Assembly: GCA_964016885.1 (NCBI GenBank)
Contig: OZ024760.1
Coordinates: 6,882,001 to 6,946,000 of the forward strand
Source: Eledone cirrhosa
Lineage: Eukaryota
DNA length: 64,000 nucleotides
Reading direction: 5' to 3'
Shown here: positions 1-11,600 of the stretch, in pieces
Numbering within the stretch: position 1 is the stretch's first letter
Layout of the letters: every line of letters starts with the position of its first letter
Notes under the pieces: generated by a model
Seen by the model: the letters and a program-made list of their open reading frames with translations, nothing else
The model's database searches: none
Told to the model about the DNA's origin: nothing
Program-made: the position numbers and the translations under genes

Positions 1-85
1 TTGCTGTGAAGAACAGCCAGTAATACCCACTGCAACAGTGACTCCCTCACAGGGGAGGTCTCCATCAGGTAAGATGCACTCTTGA

Positions 86-172
86 TTTAATGGAAGAAAA
101 CAGCAGTCTAGGGACCAGAAACAAAGGTTTTAATGGAAGAAAACAGCAGTCTAGGGACCAGAAACAAAGGTT
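86..172. repeat. 43-bp tandem duplication
   Basis: tttaatggaagaaaacagcagtctagggaccagaaacaaagg occurs at 86 and 129. Confidence 0.85.
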
Positions 173-471
173 TTGATGGTTAACCAGCACAAAAACGGTT
201 GAAATATTGGTACTTTCAGTACATTTCCCCTCATTATCCTCTGGAGTAACACCTTTGCAATTCTATCTGCTGTGCCCTTGGGGGCAACATCCCCTTGAAA
301 TGTTGCTCTCCGGAGTGACAGAACAAGCAAACAAGAACATGACCATTGCTTGATTCATGTTGTTACCATTAAGTTCTTAGATTAATATCAACATCAGCAT
401 TCTTATAAACAATTTTGTATTAAGAACCACGGCTGGTCTCAGCCAGATTGATATCAGAAGACAATATTTAA

Positions 472-876
472 CCCTTTAGCATTTAAACTGGTTGTATCTG
501 ACCAGAATTATCTCGTCTCTGTTCAAACCGGCTGTAACTGGCTGCTCATACTGATAAAGTATTCTTCTCAAAATAAATAACATCAAAATCTCATAGATTT
601 GATATTATGTGAGGTAAAGCCTTTACCATGAAAATACAATAGTAAATATATAGAGTAACATAAATGTTAAAAGGTTAACCCTGTAGCATTTACATTACTC
701 TATATTTACTATAAAGAAATATTTTCTCGGTAAAAACTTGACCCCACATAATACTGAATCCGAGATTTTGATATTTATTTTGAGAAGAATACCTTAACAT
801 CATTAGTTATGGCAGGTTTGAAGAGAAAGAGGCGAGAGAATTCTGGCCAGATACAGCCAGTTTAAATGCTATAGGG
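472..876. mobile_element. Two piggyBac-like (TTAA) MITEs in inverted tandem (472-674, 679-876)
   Basis: TTAA-CCCTTTAGCATT...AATGCTA(A/T)AGGG-TTAA type ends (right end of the first copy degenerate); TTAA at 468-471, 675-678 (shared) and 877-880. Confidence 0.75.
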
Positions 877-1369
877 TTAAAGATCACTCTACATAGCCAT
901 AAAATATCTCCAACATTTAATTCTAAATGACTCAAATACTTACGCTATTATGATGTGATGGCTGACAACTGTAAGTTTAGCCAGTCTCTAATGAGGTTCC
1001 ATCTCCTAAGAGGTTTCTTGTCTCGTTCTTTTGTCAGGTCTAATTTCTTGAGGTCAGTTTTCATCACCTCTGCCCATGTCTTTCTTGGTTACCTTCCACT
1101 CAAAAGCAGTACTTCACTCAACAATCATAATCCATACACACTACATGTCCATACCAACTCAATCTTCTCTCATGCACACATCTTATTCCTCTTGTGCAGC
1201 TTCTCTCTCAGGTCATCCATCTTTCACTAATTATATACATCATCACACACCCAACAATATAATTCGTTTGTCACAAAATATTTTGGAAGATTTTAGTAAA
1301 AAGTAACTTTTCCAATTTTAAGCTGGAAGTTTTTATTTAAAATACGAAACTTAGCCCACAGTAAAACAT

Positions 1370-2217
1370 GGTAGTGCTGGTGCCATGATAAAATGCACCT
1401 GGCCCATTCTGTTAAGTGATGATGCTGGTGACATAAAATGCACCCAGCCCACTCTAAAGTGGTGGTGCTGCCATAAAATGCACCTAGGCTGATTCCACAA
1501 TAATATGTACCCTGTCCACCTTGTCAGGTGGAAGTAGTGGTGCCAAGCGAAAACTTAGTACATGCCATGAAGTAGTTGGCATTAAGAAAGATATCCACCC
1601 ATAGAAACCATGCCAAAATAGAACGTATGGTTGAGAGTCACCTGAGCTACCTGTCTAGCCACAGTGTGACAAACCATTTAACCCATGTTAAGCGTCACCT
1701 GAGCTGCCTGTCTAGCCACAGAATGTGACAACCCATCTAACCCATGTTAAGAGTCACCTGAGCTGCCTGTCTAGCCACAGAATGTGACAACCCATCTAAC
1801 CCACGTTAAGAGTCACCTGAGCTGCCTGTCTAGCCACAGAATGTGACAACCCATCTAACCCACGTTAAGAGTCACCTGAGCTGCCTGTCTAGTCACAGAA
1901 TGTAACAACCCATCTAACCCATGTTAAGAGTCACCTGAGCTGCCTGTCTAGTCACAGAATGTGACAACCCATCTAACCCATGTTAAGAGTCACCTGAGCT
2001 GCCTGTCTAGTCACAGAATGTGACAACCCATCTAACTCGTGCATGTTAAGACAGTCATCTGAGTCACAGAGTGTGACCACCCATCTAACCCATGTTAAGA
2101 GTCACCTGAGCTGCCTGTCTAGCCACAGAGTGTGACAACACATCAAACCCGTGGATGTACAGAGTGTGACAACACATCAAATCTATGCAATCATGGAAAA
2201 TAGACATAAAATGATGA
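1370..2217 (+). mobile_element. Degenerate LINE/SINE 3' module containing a 59-bp tandem array (1633-2185, ~9 copies)
   Basis: Degenerate 48-mer units, a decayed GTTGGCATTAAGAAAGATATCCA box, the 59-bp unit agagtcacctgagctgcctgtctagccacagaatgtgacaacccatctaacccatgtta, then tail catggaaaatagacataaaatgatga. Confidence 0.75.
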
Positions 2218-2292
2218 AACATTTTAAACAAGAATTAGAATCAGTTTTTGGTGCTAGTGGTTTGCTATGAAATGAGAAATAATTTAACATAC

Positions 2293-2397
2293 CTGTTAAT
2301 CCAACCTTCTTTTTGCAAGTATGGCAACGGTTCTTTTTAGGTTTCTTATTTGCTTCCGAAGACTGAAGGTCATCACCACCTTTTAAAGACAGTGAAG
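2293..2397 (-). CDS. ZFAND5: ZFAND5/6-like, exon encoding the first half of the AN1 finger
   Basis: Acceptor ccttttcatctag|CT, donor ACAG|gtatgt. 105 nt, phase 1-1: ASLSLKGGDDLQSSEANKKPKKNRCHTCKKKVGLTG, matching the ZFAND5/6 KPKKNRCxxCxKKVGLTG motif. The terminal exon (FxCRCG...) was not found in 1-2292. Confidence 0.92.
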
Positions 2398-2689
2398 CTA
2401 GATGAAAAGGACTGACATTAATTTTTAAAAACTGTAATACCTCTCTCTGCCTAGCTGGTAACAATGACTGCCACCTGGTGCTGGTAGCATGATACAATGA
2501 ACCCAGTCCACGCTGCAAAGTGGTAATGCTGGTGCAACAATAAAATACACCCAGTACATTCTGTAAAGTGGTAGTGGTGTTGCACCAAATGCACCCAGCC
2601 CACACTAAAACGGTAGTGGTGGTGCCATAAAAAAATATACCCAGCCTACACTTAAGTGGTAGTAGTGGTGCCATGACAAAATGCACCCA

Positions 2690-5600
2690 GCCCACACTGT
2701 ATAGTGGTAGTGGTGGTGCCACAATAAAACACACCCAATCCACACTGTAAAGTGGTAGTGGTAGTGCCACGATGAAATACACCCAGCTCACACTGTAAAG
2801 TGGTAATGTTGGTGCCACGATGAAATACACCCAGCTCACACTGTAAAGTGGTAGTGCCACGATGAAATACACCCAGCTCACACTGTAAATTGGTAGTGGT
2901 AGTGCCACGATGAAATACACCCAGCTCACACTGTAAAGTGGTAATGGTAGTGCCACGATGAAATACACCCAGCTCACACTGTAAAGTGGTAGTGCCACGA
3001 TGAAATACACCCAGCTCACACTGTAAAGTGGTAATGTTGGTGCCACGATGAAATACACCCAGCTCACACTGTAAAGTGGTAATGTTGGTGCCACGATGAA
3101 ATACACCCAGCTCACACTGTAAAGTGGTAATGTTGGTGCCACGATGAAATACATCCAGCTCACACTGTAAAGTGGTAGTGGTAGTGCCACGATGAAATAC
3201 ACCCAGCTCACACTGTAAAGTGGTAGTGGTAGTGCCACGATGAAATACACCCAGCACACACTGCAAATTGGTAATGTTGGTGCCACGATGAAATACACCC
3301 AGCTCACACTGTAAAGTGGTAGTGGTAGTGCCACGATGAAATACACCCAGCACACACTGCAAATTGGTAATGTTGGTGCCACGATGAAATACACCCAGCT
3401 CACACTGTAAAGTGGTAATGGTAGTGCCACGATGAAATACACCCAGCTCACACTGTAAAGTGGTAATGTTGGTGCCACGATGAAATACACCCAGCTCACA
3501 CTGTAAAGTGGTAGTGGTGGTGCCACGATGAAATACACCCAGCTCACACTGTAAAGTGGTAATGGTAGTGCCACGATGAAATACACCCAGCACACACTGC
3601 AAATTGGTAATGTTGGTGCCACGATGAAATACACCCAGCTCACACTGTAAAGTGGTAATGGTAGTGCCACGATGAAATACACCCAGCACACACTGTAAAG
3701 TGGTAGTGGTAGTGCCACGATGAAATACACCCAGCACACACTGTAAAGTGGTAGCGGTAGTGCCACAATGAAATACACCCAGCACACACTGCAAATTGGT
3801 AATGGTGGTGCCACGATGAAATACACCCAGCACACACTGCAAATTGGTAATGTTGGTGCCACGATGAAATACACCCAGCACACACTGCAAATTGGTAATG
3901 GTAGTGCCACGATGAAATACACCCAGCACACACTGTAAAGTGGTAGTGGTAGTGCCACGATGAAATACACCCAGCACACACTGTAAAGTGGTAGTGGTAG
4001 TGCCACGATGAAATACACCCAGCTCACACTGTAAAGTGGTAATGGTAGTGCCACAATGAAATACACCCAGCACACACTGCAAATTGGTAATGGTAGTGCC
4101 ACGATGAAATACACCCAGCACACACTGTAAAGTGGTAATGGTAGTGCCACGATGAAATACACCCAGCTCACACTGTAAAGTGGTAATGGTAGTGCCACAA
4201 TGAAATACACCCAGCACACACTGCAAATTGGTAATGTTGGTGCCACGATGAAATACACCCAGCACACACTGTAAAGTGGTAATGCTGGTGCCACGATGAA
4301 ATACACCCAGCTCACACTGTAAAGTGGTAGTGCCACGATGAAATACACCCAGCTCACACTGTAAAGTGGTAGTGGTAGTGCCACAATGAAATACACCCAG
4401 CTCACACTGTAAAGTGGTAGTGCCACGATGAAATACACCCAGCTCACACTGTAAAGTGGTAATGCTGGTGCCACGATGAAATACACCCAGCTCACACTGT
4501 AAAGTGGTAGTGCCACGATGAAATACACCCAGCTCACACTGTAAAGTGGTAGTGGTAGTGCCACGATGAAATACACCCAGCTCACACTGTAAAGTGGTAG
4601 TGCCACGATGAAATACACCCAGCTCACACTGTAAAGTGGTAGTGGTAGTGCCACAATGAAATACACCCAGCTCACACTGTAAAGTGGTAGTGGTAGTGCC
4701 ACGATGAAATACACCCAGCTCACACTGTAAAGTGGTAGTGGTAGTGCCACGATGAAATACACCCAGCTCACACTGTAAAGTGGTAGTGGTAGTGCCACAA
4801 TGAAATACACCCAGCTCACACTGTAAAGTGGTAGTGGTAGTGCCACAATGAAATACACCCAGCTCACACTGTAAAGTGGTAGTGGTAGTGCCACGATGAA
4901 ATACACCCAGCTCACACTGTAAAGTGGTAGTGGTAGTGCCACGATGAAATACACCCAGCTCACACTGTAAAGTGGTAGTGGTAGTGCCACAATGAAATAC
5001 ACCCAGCTCACACTGTAAAGTGGTAGTGGTAGTGCCACAATGAAATACACCCAGCTCACACTGTAAAGTGGTAGTGGTAGTGCCACGATGAAATACACCC
5101 AGCTCACACTGTAAAGTGGTAATGGTAGTGCCACGATGAAATACACCCAGCTCACACTGTAAAGTGGTAGTGCCACGATGAAATACACCCAGCTCACACT
5201 GTAAAGTGGTAGTGCCACGATGAAATACACCCAGCTCACACTGTAAAGTGGTAGTGCCACGATGAAATACACCCAGCTCACACTGTAAAGTGGTAATGGT
5301 AGTGCCACGATGAAATACACCCAGCTCACACTGTAAAGTGGTAATGGTAGTGCCACAATGAAATACACCCAGCACACACTGTAAAGTGGTAGCGGTAGTG
5401 CCACAATGAAATACACCCAGCACACACTGTAAAGTGGTAGTGGTAGTGCCACGATGAAATACACCCAGCACACACTGTAAAGTGGTAGCGGTAGTGCCAC
5501 GATGAAATACACCCAGCACACACTGTAAAGTGGTAGTGGTAGTGCCACGATGAAATACACCCAGCTCACACTGTAAAGTGGTAGTGGTAGTGCCACGATG

Positions 5601-8600
5601 AAATACACCCAGCACACACTGTAAAGTGGTAGTGGTAGTGCCACGATGAAATACACCCAGCTCACACTGTAAAGTGGTAGTGGTAGTGCCACAATGAAAT
5701 ACACCCAGCTCACACTGTAAAGTGGTAGTGGTAGTGCCACGATGAAATACACCCAGCACACACTGTAAAGTGGTAGTGGTAGTGCCACGATGAAATACAC
5801 CCAGCTCACACTGTAAAGTGGTAGTGGTAGTGCCACAATGAAATACACCCAGCTCACACTGTAAAGTGGTAGTGCCACGATGAAATACACCCAGCTCACA
5901 CTGTAAAGTGGTAGTGCCACGATGAAATACACCCAGCTCACACTGTAAAGTGGTAGTGGTAGTGCCACAATGAAATACACCCAGCTCACACTGTAAAGTG
6001 GTAGTGGTAGTGCCACGATGAAATACACCCAGCTCACACTGTAAAGTGGTAGTGCCACGATGAAATACACCCAGCTCACACTGTAAAGTGGTAATGGTAG
6101 TGCCACGATGAAATACACCCAGCTCACACTGTAAAGTGGTAATGGTAGTGCCACAATGAAATACACCCAGCACACACTGTAAAGTGGTAGCGGTAGTGCC
6201 ACAATGAAATACACCCAGCTCACACTGTAAAGTGGTAGTGGTAGTGCCACGATGAAATACACCCAGCTCACACTGTAAAGTGGTAGTGGTAGTGCCACGA
6301 TGAAATACACCCAGCTCACACTGTAAAGTGGTAGTGGTAGTGCCACGATGAAATACACCCAGCACACACTGTAAAGTGGTAGCGGTAGTGCCACAATGAA
6401 ATACACCCAGCTCACACTGTAAAGTGGTAGTGGTAGTGCCACGATGAAATACACCCAGCTCACACTGTAAAGTGGTAGTGGTAGTGCCACGATGAAATAC
6501 ACCCAGCTCACACTGTAAAGTGGTAGTGGTAGTGCCACGATGAAATACACCCAGCTCACACTGTAAAGTGGTAGTGGTAGTGCCACGATGAAATACACCC
6601 AGCTCACACTGTAAAGTGGTAGTGGTAGTGCCACGATGAAATACACCCAGCTCACACTGTAAAGTGGTAGTGGTAGTGCCACAATGAAATACACCCAGCT
6701 CACACTGTAAAGTGGTAGTGGTAGTGCCACGATGAAATACACCCAGCACACACTGTAAAGTGGTAGTGGTAGTGCCACAATGAAATACACCCAGCACACA
6801 CTGTAAAGTGGTAATGGTAGTGCCACGATGAAATACACCCAGCTCACACTGTAAAGTGGTAGTGGTGGTGCAACGAAGAAATACACCCAGCTCCCACTGT
6901 AAAGTGGTAATGGTAGTGCCACGATGAAATACACCCAGCTCACACTGTAAAGTGGTAGTGGTAGTGCCACGATGAAATACACCCAGCACACACTGTAAAG
7001 TGGTAGTGGTAGTGCCACGATGAAATACACCCAGCTCACACTGTAAAGTGGTAGTGGTAGTGCCACGATGAAATACACCCAGCTCACACTGTAAAGTGGT
7101 AATGGTAGTGCCACGATGAAATACACCCAGCTCACACTGTAAAGTGGTAGTGGTAGTGCCACAATGAAATACACCCAGCTCACACTGTAAAGTGGTAGTG
7201 GTAGTGCCACGATGAAATACACCCAGCACACACTGTAAAGTGGTAGTGGTAGTGCCACGATGAAATACACCCAGCTCACACTGTAAAGTGGTAGTGGTAG
7301 TGCCACGATGAAATACACCCAGCTCACACTGTAAAGTGGTAGTGGTAGTGCCACGATGAAATACACCCAGCTCACACTGTAAAGTGGTAGTGGTAGTGCC
7401 ACGATGAAATACACCCAGCTCACACTGTAAAGTGGTAATGGTAGTGCCACGATGAAATACACCCAGCACACACTGTAAAGTGGTAATGGTAGTGCCACAA
7501 TGAAATACACCCAGCACACACTGTAAAGTGGTAGCGGTAGTGCCACGATGAAATACACCCAGCTCACACTGTAAATTGGTAGTGGTGGTGCCACAATGAA
7601 ATACACCCAGCACACACTGTAAAGTGGTAGCGGTAGTGCCACGATGAAATACACCCAGCACACACTGTAAAGTGGTAGTGGTAGTGCCACGATGAAATAC
7701 ACCCAGCACACACTGTAAAGTGGTAGTGGTAGTGCCACGATGAAATACACCCAGCACACACTGTAAAGTGGTAGTGGTAGTGCCACGATGAAATACACCC
7801 AGCTCACACTGTAAAGTGGTAATGGTAGTGCCACGATGAAATACACCCAGCTCACACTGTAAAGTGGTAGTGGTAGTGCCACGATGAAATACACCCAGCT
7901 CACACTGTAAAGTGGTAGTGGTAGTGCCACGATGAAATACACCCAGCTCACACTGTAAAGTGGTAGTGGTAGTGCCACGATGAAATACACCCAGCTCACA
8001 CTGTAAAGTGGTAGTGCCACGATGAAATACACCCAGCTCACACTGTAAAGTGGTAGTGGTAGTGCCACGATGAAATACACCCAGCACACACTGTAAAGTG
8101 GTAATGTTGGTGCCACGATGAAATACACCCAGCTCACACTGTAAAGTGGTAGTGTTGGTGCCACGATGAAATACACCCAGCTCCCACTGTAAAGTGGTAA
8201 TGTTGGTGCCACGATGAAATACACCCAGCTCACACTGTAAATTGGTAGTGGTGGTGCCACGATGAAATACACCCAGCTCCCACTGTAAAGTGGTAGTGGT
8301 GGTGCAACGATGAAATACACCCAGCTCACACTGTAAATTGGTAGTGGTGGTGCCACGATGAAATACACCCAGCTCCCACTGTAAAGTGGTAGTGATAGTG
8401 CAACGATGAAATACACCCAGCTCACACTGTAAAGTGGTAATGGTAGTGCCACGATGAAATACACCCAGCTCACACTGTAAAGTGGTAATGGTAGTGCCAC
8501 GATGAAATACACCCAGCTCACACTGTAAAGTGGTAGTGATAGTGCCACGATGAAATACACCCAGCTCACACTGTAAAGTGGTAATGGTAGTGCCACGATG

Positions 8601-11600
8601 AAATACACCCAGCTCACACTGTAAAGTGGTAATGGTAGTGCCACGATGAAATACACCCAGCTCCCACTGTAAAGTGGTAGTGATAGTGCCACGATGAAAT
8701 ACACCCAGCTCACACTGTAAAGTGGTAATGGTAGTGCCACGATGAAATACACCCAGCTCACACTGTAAAGTGGTAATGGTAGTGCCACGATGAAATACAC
8801 CCAGCTCACACTGTAAAGTGGTAGTGATAGTGCCACGATGAAATACACCCAGCTCACACTGTAAAGTGGTAATGGTAGTGCCACGATGAAATACACCCAG
8901 CTCACACTGTAAAGTGGTAGTGATAGTGCCACGATGAAATACACCCAGCTCACACTGTAAAGTGGTAATGGTAGTGCCACGATGAAATACACCCAGCTCA
9001 CACTGTAAAGTGGTAATGGTAGTGCCACGATGAAATACACCCAGCTCCCACTGTAAAGTGGTAGTGATAGTGCCACGATGAAATACACCCAGCTCACACT
9101 GTAAAGTGGTAATGGTAGTGCCACGATGAAATACACCCAGCTCACACTGTAAAGTGGTAATGGTAGTGCCACGATGAAATACACCCAGCTCACACTGTAA
9201 AGTGGTAGTGATAGTGCCACGATGAAATACACCCAGCTCACACTGTAAAGTGGTAATGGTAGTGCCACGATGAAATACACCCAGCTCACACTGTAAAGTG
9301 GTAATGGTAGTGCCACGATGAAATACACCCAGCTCCCACTGTAAAGTGGTAATGTTGGTGCCACGATGAAATACACCCAGCACACACTGTAAAGTGGTAG
9401 TGGTAGTGCCACGATGAAATACACCCAGCTCCCACTGTAAAGTGGTAATGTTGGTGCCACGATGAAATACACCCAGCACACACTGTAAAGTGGTAATGGT
9501 AGTGCCACGATGAAATACACCCAGCTCACACTGTAAAGTGGTAGTGCCATGATGAAATACACCCAGCTCACACTGTAAAGTGGTAATGTTGGTGCCACGA
9601 TGAAATACACCCAGCTCCCACTGTAAATTGGTAGTGGTAGTGCCACGATGAAATACACCCAGCTCCCACTGTAAAGTGGTAATGGTAGTGCCACGATGAA
9701 ATACACCCAGCTCCCACTGTAAATTGGTAATGTTGGTGCCACGATGAAATACACCCAGCTCCCACTGTAAAGTGGTAGTGGTAGTGCCACGATGAAATAC
9801 ACCCAGCACACACTGTAAATTGGTAGTGGTAGTGCCACGATGAAATACACCCAGCTCCCACTGTAAAGTGGTAGTGATAGTGCCACGATGAAATACACCC
9901 AGCTCCCACTGTAAAGTGGTAATGGTAGTGCAACGATGAAATACACCCAGCTCACACTGTAAATTGGTAGTGGTAGTGCCACGATGAAATACACCCAGCT
10001 CCCACTGTAAATTGGTAGTGGTAGTGCCACGATGAAATACACCCAGCTCACACTGTAAAGTGGTAATGGTAGTGCCACGATGAAATACACCCAGCTCCCA
10101 CTGTAAAGTGGTAATGGTAGTGCAACGATGAAATACACCCAGCTCACACTGTAAAGTGGTAGTGGTAGTGCCACGATGAAATACACCCAGCACACACTGC
10201 AAATTGGTAATGTTGGTGCCACGATGAAATACACCCAGCTCACACTGTAAAGTGGTAGTGGTAGTGCCACGATGAAATACACCCAGCTCCCACTGTAAAT
10301 TGGTAGTGGTAGTGCCACGATGAAATACACCCAGCTCCCACTGTAAAGTGGTAATGGTAGTGCCACGATGAAATACACCCAGCTCACACTGTAAAGTGGT
10401 AGTGGTAGTGCCACGATGAAATACACCCAGCTCACACTGTAAAGTGGTAATGTTGGTGCCACGATGAAATACACCCAGCTCCCACTGTAAAGTGGTAGTG
10501 GTAGTGCCACAATGAAATACACCCAGCTCACACTGTAAAGTGGTAGTGGTAGTGCCACGATGAAATACACCCAGCTCACACTGTAAAGTGGTAATGGTAG
10601 TGCCACGATGAAATACACCCAGCTCACACTGTAAAGTGGTAATGGTAGTGCCACGATGAAATACACCCAGCTCACACTGTAAAGTGGTAGTGGTAGTGCC
10701 ACGATGAAATACACCCAGCTCACACTGTAAAGTGGTAGTGGTAGTGCCACGATGAAATACACCCAGCTCACACTGTAAAGTGGTAGTGGTAGTGCCACGA
10801 TGAAATACACCCAGCTCACACTGTAAAGTGGTAATGGTAGTGCCACGATGAAATACACCCAGCTCACACTGTAAAGTGGTAGTGGTAGTGCCACAATGAA
10901 ATACACCCAGCACACACTGTAAAGTGGTAGTGGTAGTGCCACAATGAAATACACCCAGCTCACACTGTAAAGTGGTAGTGGTAGTGCCACGATGAAATAC
11001 ACCCAGCTCACACTGTAAAGTGGTAATGGTAGTGCCACGATGAAATACACCCAGCTCACACTGTAAAGTGGTAGTGGTAGTGCCACGATGAAATACACCC
11101 AGCTCACACTGTAAAGTGGTAGTGGTAGTGCCACGATGAAATACACCCAGCTCACACTGTAAAGTGGTAATGGTAGTGCCACGATGAAATACACCCAGCT
11201 CACACTGTAAAGTGGTAGTGGTAGTGCCACGATGAAATACACCCAGCTCACACTGTAAAGTGGTAATGGTAGTGCCACGATGAAATACACCCAGCACACA
11301 CTGTAAATTGGTAGTGGTAGTGCCACGATGAAATACACCCAGCTCACACTGTAAAGTGGTAGTGGTAGTGCCACGATGAAATACACCCAGCTCACACTGT
11401 AAAGTGGTAGTGGTAGTGCCACGATGAAATACACCCAGCACACACTGTAAAGTGGTAGTGGTAGTGCCACGATGAAATACACCCAGCTCACACTGTAAAG
11501 TGGTAGTGGTAGTGCCACGATGAAATACACCCAGCACACACTGTAAAGTGGTAATGTTGGTGCCACGATGAAATACACCCAGCTCACACTGTAAAGTGGT

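Noticed and set aside
1-2292. Terminal ZFAND exon (FxCRCG...HRY)
   Set aside because: No matching codons found by eye; presumed to lie beyond the left edge of the window.
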